A DNA stretch of 64,000 nt from Pirellulaceae bacterium. GTDB lineage: Bacteria > Planctomycetota > Planctomycetia > Pirellulales > Pirellulaceae. The notes below the pieces were generated by a model that saw nothing but the letters and a program-made list of their open reading frames with translations, made no database searches and was not told the origin of the DNA. Below, in pieces: positions 29,031 through 39,723 of the stretch (positions are counted from its first letter, which is position 1; every line of letters begins with the position of its first letter). The position numbers and the translations under genes were made by a program. The stretch is taken from NCBI GenBank assembly GCA_029243025.1, contig JAQWSU010000018.1, positions 25,558-89,557 of the forward strand. The letters are read 5' to 3'.

Positions 29031-29798
29031 ATGGTCTCGATGAAATTAGTTTCGATTTTCGCTCTTTGTGTGTTCTGCTTACCCATGATCGCATCGGCCG
29101 ATACAAAATCCACAACCGGGGACACAAGTGAATTGGAATCAGAAAATGAGGCAAGTTTCATTCCGCGTACCAAGCGCGTGCTGACCCAAGAAGAACAAGC
29201 TGCCCTTACCCCCAAACAGGTATTTGAATTACTTGAAGCGGGTAACAGGCGATTCGCCAACGATTCGCTGACGATTCGCAATCACGGAAAACAACGGCGA
29301 AAGGCCGCGATCGGTCAATTCCCGAAGGCAGTGGTTCTTTCCTGCTTGGATTCGCGCATTCCAGTCGAAGACGTATTTGATTGTGGCATCGGCGACATCT
29401 TTGTTGCTCGGGTGGCGGGCAACTTTGCCAATACCGACATTCTGGGAAGTCTGGAATTCGCCTGTAAAGCTTCAGGTTCAAAACTTGTGTTGGTTCTTGG
29501 GCACGACAACTGTGGAGCAATCCACGGTGCCATTGACGGCGTAGAACTCGGCAACATCACCGCCATGTTGAAAAATATCACTCCAGCGATTGATCAATTC
29601 GAAGATTATCAGGGTAAGAAATCCAGCAAGAATCCGCAATTTGTAGAAATGGTCACCCAGGCAAACGTTCAAAACACAATCAAATTTATTCGCAAAGGAA
29701 GTCCCATTTTGCGCAACATGGAAAAGAACGGTGACATTATCATTGTCGGCGGCATTTATGACATGGATACCGCCAAAGTTCATTTCATCAGGAATTGA
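29031..29798 (+). CDS. Beta-class carbonic anhydrase with signal peptide
   Basis: Signal MVSMKLVSIFALCVFCLPMIASA. Core VVLSCLDSRIPVEDVFDCGIGDIFVARVAGNF...LVLVLGHDNCGAI carries the C..D.R / H..C zinc-ligand motifs. Confidence 0.92.
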   Translation: MVSMKLVSIFALCVFCLPMIASADTKSTTGDTSELESENEASFIPRTKRVLTQEEQAALTPKQVFELLEAGNRRFANDSLTIRNHGKQRRKAAIGQFPKAVVLSCLDSRIPVEDVFDCGIGDIFVARVAGNFANTDILGSLEFACKASGSKLVLVLGHDNCGAIHGAIDGVELGNITAMLKNITPAIDQFEDYQGKKSSKNPQFVEMVTQANVQNTIKFIRKGSPILRNMEKNGDIIIVGGIYDMDTAKVHFIRN

Positions 29799-29940
29799 TC
29801 TCTCTGTACGATTCATCGAATCAGATACAAAATTCGTGATCAATCAACCGCCCCAAGAAGGGAAAGCTGTCGCCTCGGCCACTTCCCCTTTTCCTGCCCG
29901 GCAACTCACTCCAGCTGCCGTCATCCATCGACGTGGTTAG

Positions 29941-30978
29941 TCAATCGGATAGTTGCATCACGGGTAAGTGTTCAACACCAATTCTGTTGAGCAAGCGATA
30001 AACCGCAAAAGGGAGATAATTAAAGCGAGTTGCCAACACGGTCACTCTATCCTTCGTGACAAAGGAATGACTTGCTTTGACACCCAACTTCAACCGTTTG
30101 ACTTTCGTCACGTAGTGCATGTCACCATTCACTGCCAGCCAAATGCCATCAAACGATCGAATTCGATGTTGGATCTCCTGAAAGTCCAGCGTTGCCGGAT
30201 TTTCAATCAACTGAATCGCAGCAACATCCTTCTTGTCAAACTTTCTCGAGATACCCTGTTGTGGTTTGCCTGGATTTCCGTCTGCAACCGCCTGGAGCAC
30301 TCTCAACAACTGCTTTCCCGCCACGACTGCCTTATCATACTCGAGGCATTTGGGAGATCGATTCTCAACCGGTATCGTACCCGAGCAAATGATTGGGCCC
30401 TGATCAACCTCCTCGGACATGTGATGAAAGCAATATCCCGTGTCAGCTTCTCGAAAATAAACAGACCATTGCGTTGCCATCCAACCACGATATTTCGGTA
30501 GAATCCCACTGTGCAGATTGACACAAACATCAAAGGCATCGATCAATTCTCTCCGAAAGATTTGAGTGCAACCGAAACAAAATGCAATGTTAGCCGCCAC
30601 CTCATTTCGCACAAATTCAGCGAAATCGGCGTGATTAATGTTGCGATTGGGAGGGACAATATGCCCTACCCGATATCGGCAAGCAAGCGAACTAAGGCTC
30701 CCCGATAAGCACCCACGAAAAGAAATCGGGGTGGCAAAGTTGAATACTTTTTTGGCAGTGCGGGTAATCAGGGCATTCGACATCCCGCGAAATCCAGATA
30801 CATCGGTCTGAGCATACGCTGCAGTTTTGCAAATACCGACTACCTCAAATCCCTCAATCTTGTTTGCGAGCTTCAATGCCGCCTTCGTTAATGGCACACT
30901 CTTGTCCAAATCCGCATTAACAAAGATCATCGCCTTCAAAGGACAGCGAGTGAGAGATTTGTTGATTTCGTTGTACAT
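29941..30978 (-). CDS. Formyltransferase-family protein (Fmt/ArnA N-terminal-like)
   Basis: VCVNLHSGILPKYRGWMATQWSVY...GYCFHHMSEEVDQGPII matches the formyl-transferase N..H...D catalytic pattern (N-x-H, LP-x-YRG, D-x-G). Confidence 0.8.
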   Translation of the reverse strand: MYNEINKSLTRCPLKAMIFVNADLDKSVPLTKAALKLANKIEGFEVVGICKTAAYAQTDVSGFRGMSNALITRTAKKVFNFATPISFRGCLSGSLSSLACRYRVGHIVPPNRNINHADFAEFVRNEVAANIAFCFGCTQIFRRELIDAFDVCVNLHSGILPKYRGWMATQWSVYFREADTGYCFHHMSEEVDQGPIICSGTIPVENRSPKCLEYDKAVVAGKQLLRVLQAVADGNPGKPQQGISRKFDKKDVAAIQLIENPATLDFQEIQHRIRSFDGIWLAVNGDMHYVTKVKRLKLGVKASHSFVTKDRVTVLATRFNYLPFAVYRLLNRIGVEHLPVMQLSD

Positions 30979-31311
30979 TCAACTCTGAAGGCGAAGTCTC
31001 ACTTCATGCAACTCGCCTCTCCCCCGTATTGACGAAAAAATCTTTTGCAGGCTGCGAGAATACAACCGGTGGCTTCAACACCGCCCCCAAAATGACCGCT
31101 TTGCCTCTAATGCAACCGTCACAAGCTTTCGACGCCGACGTATTCATGTCTAACGACGTACCCATCGCGTTAATCGGCATGCGTTCCGACCAATGTTCGT
31201 GCCATACTCGATTTAAGTCAAGCGATCCGTTTGAATCACCTGCATTCCCAAAGATGGTGCCCTACCCCGCCCCAACAATCGTTGTGGTATTTGCAACGGC
31301 CTAGTCGATAG

Positions 31312-33474
31312 TTAGGGTAAAGGATTACTTTTCCTTGCTGCATGACTGTTGTCACAATCGATTTGCTCACAAATAGCTTGAGCTAGTCGCTGGTTGAATT
31401 CACGTCCACTGGAAAACGTTTTTGCTTCAGCATCCCACATTCGGGACGTGACATCCAAGGCTTCGGTTCGCCGAATAAATTCCTGCCACCAAAGTGGCGA
31501 CTCTCCTGCGATCGACTGCCGCGCGTTCACAGCAAGCAAATGAAATTTACGCCCACCGGATTCGACTATTTGGCGCATTTCGTCGAGACAGGCGATAACC
31601 GTTTCCACCCCTGATGAAGCCTCGGGTTCTTGGGGATGAAACCAAGTGTTTAGCTTGCTGTTCAGCAACCACACTAACCGTGAAACATCCATCAGCTGCT
31701 CTTTTACGGTGGGAGCGAACGATTCTCGCGTCAGCCCGTCCTGGCTCACGTGAAAGACAGGCTTTGTTCGCCCTAGAAAATAATTTTGGTTTTGCTGCAC
31801 GTTTATGAAGTCGCTCGGGTTGACCAATACAAAGACATCGCCGCTCCGGTGAGAATCCCCGTCAAAGACCGACTCCATTAGTAACAATTCCTGGTCAGTT
31901 CCAAAACCAATGACACCAAAATTAAAAACTGGATTCGAGATTTGACTGGCCAGTTTCGACGAAGCGGTATCTTCGTTGTCAACATCCGTCCCCCAGACAA
32001 GCTCATCGCCAAACAGGAACACTGGAGACGCTTCGGCAAGGTCGCTTTCTCGGGAATCCGCGGAAGAAACGCGACGGCCTTTTTCATCCACGTCGACCGC
32101 AAGGTCCTGCCCTCGAACATTCCGCTGGATCTGCCGAAGATTTGGACGCGACTTCCAGCCCATCGTCGCATCAGAGATTGTTATCGGCTCACGTAGATCG
32201 AAAGCGATTAAATACCTCACATAGATTTCGCCAAGTGCCGATCCGCTAATCATCATTCCAGCAACGAGAACCAGCTTTAAGAATAAAGAACGTCGCCATA
32301 AATGACACCAGGAGACGGCTGCAAAGGTCGCACTGCAATAACTGAAATAAGTAAAATGCAATGGAAACACAATTGCCGCAAAAAGAGGATGCTTTTCTTG
32401 TGAAAAAAACAGATAAAAACGCCAATTCAGAATCAGAATGCCTAAGATTGCAAGCCACGGCGCAATTGACCAAAAGTGAAATTGAATCGTCAAAACCGTG
32501 GCTGTTACGAGCGCAAGGACCGAGGCAACCACGCGGGCGATCCCAGGGATCCGTCGATTGATCGACCAAGCATCCACTAGCAGAATCCCGACTACAGTGA
32601 GTACAGGAAACAAGATAAGCTCGGGTCGGAGTAGCGCGCTAATTGCCAACATTACAAGCAGGCAACATGTAAACAAGGCGCTTAGTCTTTGTGAAAAACC
32701 TACATTCAAATCGTTAGGAACATTTCCATCACGCAACATCAACTTTGTCCACGGCACCGCTCGGTCCCAAATATCAGTTTTCATCAACGTCCAGAGTGAC
32801 CAATGCTTTAGGTGCGTCACTTGAACCTTCTTTAACAAGCAGATGCGGTGCCCTCGACGATGAAGACGCACGCCCAATTCAATATCTTCGATACAGGGCC
32901 TCGCATAGGATGTATCAAATCCCCCAACATCAAGAAACGTTTGTCGCTTGATTGCACCACAACCGCTCCAAAACGTCGTTGCTTCTCTGCGACTGTTTTG
33001 ATGGACGAAATGATGAAACAGATTCTTATACTGCGAAAGGATATTTTGTTTCCCTGGGTTCAGATCATAGGACCCAAAGACCGCATCAATCGTCGAGTCA
33101 CCTTTAAATTCCTCCACGATCAATCGAATCGTCTCCGAATTCACAAGAACGTCGGCGTCGAGAAAGAAGACATATTCGCCTGTTGCTTCGGTAGCACCAA
33201 GGTTTCTTGCTTTGGCCGGACCGGATTGACTCGTTAGGCTTATGACCTTCGCTCCCAGATCTTTCGCTACTGCCGCAGTGTCATCCGTTGACGCATCATC
33301 AATGACAATCACTTCATACGATTCGAAGCGAGATTCTTTCAGACAACTCAGGCAAGATCTCAAATGTTCCGGATCGTTCCGAACGGGAATCACAACAGAG
33401 AGGATTGGCTTCTCACGTGAAGCCAATCCTTGCTTTTGATATTCCTCAGTACTCTGATTGACAACGTCACTCAT
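31312..33474 (-). CDS. Family 2 glycosyltransferase fused to a multi-TM region and a C-terminal SGNH-like domain (apparently degenerate)
   Basis: N-terminus: ILSVVIPVRNDPEHL...VIVIDDASTDDT...YVFFLDADV (GT-A DxD)...CIEDIELGVRLHRRGHRI. About six hydrophobic helices follow. The C-terminal part, SPVFLFGDELVWGTDVDNEDT...NFGVIGFGTDQELL, is paralogous to the product of 36063-37295. Confidence 0.85.
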   Translation of the reverse strand: MSDVVNQSTEEYQKQGLASREKPILSVVIPVRNDPEHLRSCLSCLKESRFESYEVIVIDDASTDDTAAVAKDLGAKVISLTSQSGPAKARNLGATEATGEYVFFLDADVLVNSETIRLIVEEFKGDSTIDAVFGSYDLNPGKQNILSQYKNLFHHFVHQNSRREATTFWSGCGAIKRQTFLDVGGFDTSYARPCIEDIELGVRLHRRGHRICLLKKVQVTHLKHWSLWTLMKTDIWDRAVPWTKLMLRDGNVPNDLNVGFSQRLSALFTCCLLVMLAISALLRPELILFPVLTVVGILLVDAWSINRRIPGIARVVASVLALVTATVLTIQFHFWSIAPWLAILGILILNWRFYLFFSQEKHPLFAAIVFPLHFTYFSYCSATFAAVSWCHLWRRSLFLKLVLVAGMMISGSALGEIYVRYLIAFDLREPITISDATMGWKSRPNLRQIQRNVRGQDLAVDVDEKGRRVSSADSRESDLAEASPVFLFGDELVWGTDVDNEDTASSKLASQISNPVFNFGVIGFGTDQELLLMESVFDGDSHRSGDVFVLVNPSDFINVQQNQNYFLGRTKPVFHVSQDGLTRESFAPTVKEQLMDVSRLVWLLNSKLNTWFHPQEPEASSGVETVIACLDEMRQIVESGGRKFHLLAVNARQSIAGESPLWWQEFIRRTEALDVTSRMWDAEAKTFSSGREFNQRLAQAICEQIDCDNSHAARKSNPLP

Positions 33475-34161
33475 AGCAGGCGATTTCTAGCTAATTTACC
33501 AGCAGATAAGCAGATAATACGTCATGAAAACAACATTCACCAAATCGAGACATTCGTGAAATGAGAGGAAAACAGCTAACAGCGTCTCCCCAAAAAACTG
33601 GTATCTCCGCGTCCGACTGTTCCGATTTTCCTCAATGTTCATCTTGCGGCGGCCAACCCAAAAAATCAAGCTACTGAAGCTCGACAAAACGGATCCGTCG
33701 AGATTCATGATCACTTCTCTTAGCACTTAGCAGCATTGACCAATTTAACTCGATGGGTTGTAACTGGTCGCCGGCTTCATCTTGGGGGACAAAAAATCAA
33801 ACGCAACCACTTGAAACAGGATCCTGAACCTCCAGCGCTCCGGACACCCACCACAATTCCCACAGATTGTTCAAGGCATTGATTCGGGTCTTGGAGGAAT
33901 TTACGGCATCCTCAACAGAACGGATCGCAACCCATATGATGATAGAGGTGATGCCGCATCGACACCGTTTTTCGCAAGAGAAGTCTGGCCTTGGCATGAG
34001 AAAACGGCAAAGCCCAATTTGAGCGGAGCTGACCTAGAACAGACACTCATCACTGCAAGCCGCATGCGGATAGAAACATCGCATTCGGTCAAACCGCCGT
34101 GCGATGGACTGCAAATAATTTACGAAGCATATCTATCATGCAGAATCCAACAAAAGCATCA

Positions 34162-35934
34162 TCAATCCACAGTTTCCTGAGGAGTGGAATCTTCCCGAGT
34201 TGTGGGAATTCGAGAATCGTTTCCAATTTTGATCTTTCGACCAATCTTCGATCGCATATCGACCTCAAATCCACTTACACGTTTGCCTCTCGCAGCCAGA
34301 TTTTCGTAGATTCGGATACTCTTCGCCTTTTGAACTCCATCAAATTGAACCGGAAAAGTCGCAATCAGTGAGAATTGGTCGGGTCTTTTGGAGACAAGTG
34401 TTTCGAGCAATTCGTGGTGAAGCGGAGTATCCCATCGGTAATCACAGTCATCGAGCAGAATGAAATGGACGGGAATCGAATCTATGTATTCCAGCAGTGC
34501 ATCATTCGTCGTGAATATTGGCCGGTACTTAAGACCACTCCAACTACTTTCCCCCAAAACCTTGCTTGATCGAAGCACATACTCAGTGAGTTCTTGATCG
34601 CGGATCTTTAACTCTGAGATAAACGCTCCCTCTCCAACCTCATCGGAACTTACCAACGTGACATACCCTGATCCTACATTGGGAACATATGCTGCTGCAG
34701 CAGCATATCCTGAAACAATTCTCAGGTCACGTCCCGGTGCGAACAAGACACTCACTCCCACAACTCCAGCAACAACCCCCCAGCCAGCGGCACGTTTAAA
34801 TTTACCCAAAATGAGCTTAAGACCGTTCGCATACAAAACCATCCCCCCCGTCAGAACAGGTAGCAAATAACGCATTTCGGAGACGATCGGTACAAAGAAC
34901 AAGAAGATCAACGTCGCACCGCACCAACTGATGGCAACCGCCAAATCAGCTGAGTACTCGTCTTCTGCAGCCACGCGCCGAAACCGCCGCGACAGGGGCA
35001 CTGCACCAATGAATGCGACCACGCCAATCGCAACGGAAACAACTTTATTAAAAGTATCAGAGGCGTGATTACGCGGTTTCAATAACACCGATTTGGTCGC
35101 CGATTCCACCAGATCAGATTGCCCATGGGTGCCGAGCCCTTGATTCATGGTTTCCACGTAATAAGGTATCGTAAGGAGACTGATACAGGCAATTGCGACC
35201 AAAATTTTCCAATTAAACAAAACGGCAATTTGGCGACTTACTAGAACGTACAGCGGCAGAAAGAGAATCAAGCTCAGGCCGACAGGTTTGGTCCACATCG
35301 CGAGCACGGACCAAATCACGCAAAACACAAGATGACTATTCTTTTCGGTTGCAATGAAATCACTGAATGCAAACACCGCCAAGAATGCGAACAGAGTGAA
35401 GGTCATATCCGACATCACCACAACTGTATTGGTGCGGACCAGCGGTTGACCAAGAAACACGACTATAGTCAACAGGGTAATTCCCCACCCATGATTTTGG
35501 CGAATTCGGTGACAAAGAACCAACACGACTAAACTAGAGATCAGCCCCATCAAAATCGTGATGCTCGTCTTAGAGACCCCCGCAATCATAAACCAAATAG
35601 TCTGTAAGCCGTAAAAAGCCGGGGGCCAATGTCCAAATGCCACCTTCGGGTAACGGACATAGTATTCCTCCGCAAACGCGAGAGGTGATGAACCAAGAGA
35701 CATGGTGCAATAGTCATAAACCAGCGTACCGGTTACAAAGTGAGCAGCTTCATCCGGGTGCGTTGCGATGTCTCTCGAATAGCCACCGAGCGCAAACTGT
35801 ATTCCAAATACGACAATCATAATTACCAACAGCTCAGGCAGCCATTGGAATCGCGCGCCTTTGGCGGTGTGATTCGCCACTTGAACCGCAGACGCTGCCG
35901 CATCAGAAGATTCAGTCGTGTTGATCAATTTCAT
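34162..35934 (-). CDS. GT-C fold glycosyltransferase (ArnT/PMT, GT39/GT83-like) with a C-terminal soluble domain
   Basis: 590 aa with about 11 TM helices. First-loop motif IATHPDEAAHFVTGTLVYDY (DE..H/Y) is typical of polyprenyl-phosphate-sugar dependent GT-C enzymes. Confidence 0.8.
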   Translation of the reverse strand: MKLINTTESSDAAASAVQVANHTAKGARFQWLPELLVIMIVVFGIQFALGGYSRDIATHPDEAAHFVTGTLVYDYCTMSLGSSPLAFAEEYYVRYPKVAFGHWPPAFYGLQTIWFMIAGVSKTSITILMGLISSLVVLVLCHRIRQNHGWGITLLTIVVFLGQPLVRTNTVVVMSDMTFTLFAFLAVFAFSDFIATEKNSHLVFCVIWSVLAMWTKPVGLSLILFLPLYVLVSRQIAVLFNWKILVAIACISLLTIPYYVETMNQGLGTHGQSDLVESATKSVLLKPRNHASDTFNKVVSVAIGVVAFIGAVPLSRRFRRVAAEDEYSADLAVAISWCGATLIFLFFVPIVSEMRYLLPVLTGGMVLYANGLKLILGKFKRAAGWGVVAGVVGVSVLFAPGRDLRIVSGYAAAAAYVPNVGSGYVTLVSSDEVGEGAFISELKIRDQELTEYVLRSSKVLGESSWSGLKYRPIFTTNDALLEYIDSIPVHFILLDDCDYRWDTPLHHELLETLVSKRPDQFSLIATFPVQFDGVQKAKSIRIYENLAARGKRVSGFEVDMRSKIGRKIKIGNDSRIPTTREDSTPQETVD

Positions 35935-36062
35935 GGCTTTCCTAAGGTGACTCTTTTAGTTACCCGTCAATCAGTCGCTTCCCTCATGAGTAGTTCTCGC
36001 GATGCTGCCTGCATTACGAACGACTCCCGTCCATACCTCGGATCTCTGATGCAGCAGTTTCT

Positions 36063-37295
36063 TCACGGCAAAATCCTTTTTGCTAAAGCAAATCCTAGTC
36101 GTTGATTTGCAATGGAGTTTGGATGACCGTCGAACGGAATAACGTAGGTGTCACGATCACCCGAGAACAAGTCGGAGAAATCGACTATTTCAATCGACTC
36201 GTCCCGCAAGTAGCGGGCAACCGTCGTTCCCGTTGTGGAGTCAGGATAGAGCACGACAAACATCCGGCTGCTTGCCGATTTGGCAGCCAAGAGCCGTGAC
36301 GACTGCTCGATAATTTGAGCGGTCAATGCAAAATATTCCGGCTTAATTCGGTGTGGAAGATCAACATCCAAATAACGCAACGCATTACTTGTCGCTACCA
36401 ATCCATACAAACCGCAAAGAATGCGTCGTTCGGCCAAAAAGGATTTAGCGCGAATTACATGACCATTAGATTCGAGTTGGTAACATGGCATTTGTGATCC
36501 CCAGCGACTGACCACGTACATGCTCCCTATGGCACGCCTCACATGATCGTCAATGAACACATAAATAGCGATGATGTCGCGTCCTTGGAGGAACGAGTCC
36601 CACCTACCGTTTTCTAGCGAGGCCAACATTTGCTGTGGTCCGTACCCACAAAAACCAGCATTGACAACACGGGCACCACCAGCCGCCAAACAAAATTGAT
36701 TTGGAAGAGTTTCATCGTCATTCACCCCTTCGCCGAAGGTGAATGAGCCGCCAAAAAACAGAACGACGGGCTCACCCTCCGGCTGACTTTCTGGCGTGAT
36801 CCGATACCCGTCCTCACCGATGCGATAGGTCACATCGTAGATCGGCTGCAACCCCTTAGATTTCTGCGAGCCCACCGTACAACCAGCCCGAGGTTTGTAG
36901 CCGACGACGGGATCATTCTCATAGAAACGCTGCCGGTCAGCCCCCGTGTAATGCTGGTCTGCTGGAGCACTTATCTGCAGAAGAATCCCAAACCCAGCAT
37001 CAATCACAAGCAAAATCAGGAGACTCACTGCAAGACCAAATGCGGTCGCAGTCCGTCGTGGAAATAGCTGAATTGATTGTTTCAAATCATGAAACAAACT
37101 ACCTGATGTGTGCCTTCCGTAGACGAACAGAGAGAGACTGCTTAGAACTGCAGCAAGCACCAAAAACCAAAGACGGTCACGAGACAACCAGAACAGCGGC
37201 CGTCCAAGCCAAACCTTTTCAACTATCGGTGGCGCAAACACGAGCGCCATTCCGACAAGAACAATACTGGCACTAAACAAGAATCTCTTGTACAT
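36063..37295 (-). CDS. Membrane-anchored SGNH/GDSL-like hydrolase or acyltransferase-like protein
   Basis: Four N-terminal TM helices. Then block I-like VVLFFGGSFTFGEGVNDDETL, block II-like VVNAGFCGYGPQQML and block V-like VIPFDGHPNSIANQRL. Confidence 0.65.
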   Translation of the reverse strand: MYKRFLFSASIVLVGMALVFAPPIVEKVWLGRPLFWLSRDRLWFLVLAAVLSSLSLFVYGRHTSGSLFHDLKQSIQLFPRRTATAFGLAVSLLILLVIDAGFGILLQISAPADQHYTGADRQRFYENDPVVGYKPRAGCTVGSQKSKGLQPIYDVTYRIGEDGYRITPESQPEGEPVVLFFGGSFTFGEGVNDDETLPNQFCLAAGGARVVNAGFCGYGPQQMLASLENGRWDSFLQGRDIIAIYVFIDDHVRRAIGSMYVVSRWGSQMPCYQLESNGHVIRAKSFLAERRILCGLYGLVATSNALRYLDVDLPHRIKPEYFALTAQIIEQSSRLLAAKSASSRMFVVLYPDSTTGTTVARYLRDESIEIVDFSDLFSGDRDTYVIPFDGHPNSIANQRLGFALAKRILP

Positions 37296-37454
37296 GGTAT
37301 CGAGACAACTTTCGTCACTAACCTTTTAAATCAAATCTTCGGCTCATACTGAGACCGCTTTATGATGGAGCCCTCCACACCACTTAAATAACCAACCAAT
37401 CCCTCTGTGGAACGATCACCTTACACGACTTTACATGGATTGGTGTACTCGCCG

Positions 37455-39281
37455 CTAGACGTTGGAGCCATCAAGTATTTGCTGATGAAGCTCATAGAGT
37501 TGAGCGTAAACCCCAGCGGAGCTGATTAATTCTGCATGCGACCCATTTTCGACCACGCGTCCTTCATCCAAGACCAGAATTCGATCAGCCATGCGTACTG
37601 TAGAAAACCGATGCGAGATAATTATGGCAGTACGACCTTCAACCAGTTGCCGAAAACGTCCGAACATTTCGTATTCAGTCTTCGGATCTAATGCTGAAGT
37701 AGGCTCATCGAGCACGACAACTTTCGCTTTGCTTGCGAGTGCGCGCGCGATGGCTAACATCTGCCACTGTCCACCGGAAAGGGTTACCTCACCGAAAGTG
37801 CGTCCCAGCACCGTATCGTACCCATGAGGCAGTGACTCGATCATTTCATGGACACCTACACGCTCAGCAATCTCTCGAACTGCCGCCTGATCATCTAATA
37901 AATGCTTCCAGTCACCGAATGCGATATTTTCCGCCGCCGTGCCCTCGTATTGCGCAAAAGACTGCATCACGGAAGCGATATTCGTCTGCAGACATCGCTC
38001 CGATAGCTCTTCAACATCATGACCATCAAAATAAATCGCCCCCGAATTGGGCGAATACAGTCCGGATAGCAGCTTTATAAGCGTTGTTTTACCCGCGCCG
38101 TTTTGGCCGACGATGGCAACAACTTCGCCCGGTTCAATGGAAAGAGAAACGCTATGCAAAATGGGCATCTCACATCCGGGATAAGCAAACGACACTTCCC
38201 GAAAATCGATTGCACCCTCTGGATTTGCAAGGGTAAGGCCCCCTTGCTTTGGGAAGGTCGGCTTCGCATTTTGAAATTTTTGCAGGTTGGACACAAGCAA
38301 ACTACTATTCACAAGACGACTAAATACACGAATCTGCTGACTGACTGTCGTGTACAACCGCTCCGCTGCTAACATTAAGGCCGCCACATTACCCGGTGCA
38401 ATCTTGCCTGCGATCGCTTGTGAAATCACATGGTATCCCAAAGCGGCGAGGGCGATGGTGAAGATCGCAGCAAAGACAGATTCAATAACGAAAAAACGAC
38501 CTTGAAAACGTCGATTCTCATCACAGAATGCCTGCGAAATCTCCCGAAAGCGCCGAATGAACAGCGGCGACAAATTGTATGACTTCACCTCTGGAATCCA
38601 GATGTGGTTCATGAGCTTACTGATAAAATAAGCATTCCATCTCACCTTGGTGGCGCGTCGATGATGGTACAGATAACGAAGAATCGACATCCGAAATTGC
38701 GAGATAGCAAAAGGGATCGCAAGCCCCGCCAAGACAATCGCAGTGATCGGATCCATCGCAAATACGAGACCCGACAAAAAGATGAGCTGAAATCCATTCC
38801 GCAAGAATTCGCTTGCATCATTGACCAATAATTCACAATGATGCGCTGAATTTTCTCGAGCGCGACTCATCATGTCTTGGTTAGCTGGATCCTCGAAAAA
38901 TGACAAATCCAGTCTAGACGCTTGAGCAAATAACCCTAGATTGATCGCTAGGTCCATTTCATCGCGAAGTCGAACCGCGACGTAGGTCCCAAGATTGCTC
39001 GCCATAGCGCCGCCAAAAATCACAATCGGCAACAGCATCAGCCAGTGCATGCTGCCGCTTACATCGACTCCGGCCTGGAAGTCGTTCACCAAACCTCGCA
39101 CGCAGACGATCATCACGACTGGCACCAAACTGCGAAGCAAACCGACAAACAGTGTGATTGCTACAATCGATGGCGAAGCCGACCAGGCCAGACGCAACGC
39201 CCAGATCCCGTTGCTGAAGACATCTCGAAAGCTCGCGCGATCGATTCGGTCATTTGAAATATCCCGCATATTGAAACCCAA
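37455..39281 (-). CDS. ABC exporter, fused permease/ATPase (MsbA-like type I exporter)
   Basis: 608 aa. Six-TM N-terminal half. Walker A GQNGAGKTT, signature LSGGQWQ, Walker B VVVLDEPTSALD, H-loop IIISHR. Confidence 0.92.
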   Translation of the reverse strand: MGFNMRDISNDRIDRASFRDVFSNGIWALRLAWSASPSIVAITLFVGLLRSLVPVVMIVCVRGLVNDFQAGVDVSGSMHWLMLLPIVIFGGAMASNLGTYVAVRLRDEMDLAINLGLFAQASRLDLSFFEDPANQDMMSRARENSAHHCELLVNDASEFLRNGFQLIFLSGLVFAMDPITAIVLAGLAIPFAISQFRMSILRYLYHHRRATKVRWNAYFISKLMNHIWIPEVKSYNLSPLFIRRFREISQAFCDENRRFQGRFFVIESVFAAIFTIALAALGYHVISQAIAGKIAPGNVAALMLAAERLYTTVSQQIRVFSRLVNSSLLVSNLQKFQNAKPTFPKQGGLTLANPEGAIDFREVSFAYPGCEMPILHSVSLSIEPGEVVAIVGQNGAGKTTLIKLLSGLYSPNSGAIYFDGHDVEELSERCLQTNIASVMQSFAQYEGTAAENIAFGDWKHLLDDQAAVREIAERVGVHEMIESLPHGYDTVLGRTFGEVTLSGGQWQMLAIARALASKAKVVVLDEPTSALDPKTEYEMFGRFRQLVEGRTAIIISHRFSTVRMADRILVLDEGRVVENGSHAELISSAGVYAQLYELHQQILDGSNV

Positions 39282-39723
39282 TACAAGCGATCAGGTGCCG
39301 AAAGTTTGACACCAAGTAGGGAATCAAATCGCAATCATAAAATCGCGTTTTTGGTCCCCATACTTCCGCTCAACTGTTCCTTTCATTCACCTGACAAATA
39401 ACTCGCATCGTTGGGCACATCACTTTTCTGTGAACCCGCACTGTGACCAGTCAGTGTGTTTTATGTGAACAGCATTCCCCCAGAACCATGAGGCCAGAAA
39501 ATCATTATTGAAATCGCAAAAACGCTCACTTTCACGTGTCACAGTTACCCAACTCAATGGCAACAACTTGGTTCTTAACAAAAACGAATCCCAGAGATGC
39601 CTTGCAAACGATTTACCATTTCGGAGATAGCATTGCAGCGGTAAGGATTCCATCCCTTCTTGCGATCTTGTCCAAGATCAAGAACTGTCCATGCTCACTC
39701 TTCATCGCAGATTCTTTTCCATA

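Noticed and set aside
29861-29900. Apparent hairpin plus T-run (gaagggaaag...cttcccctttt) between the convergent carbonic anhydrase and formyltransferase genes.
   Set aside because: On checking, the arms are not reverse complements of each other.
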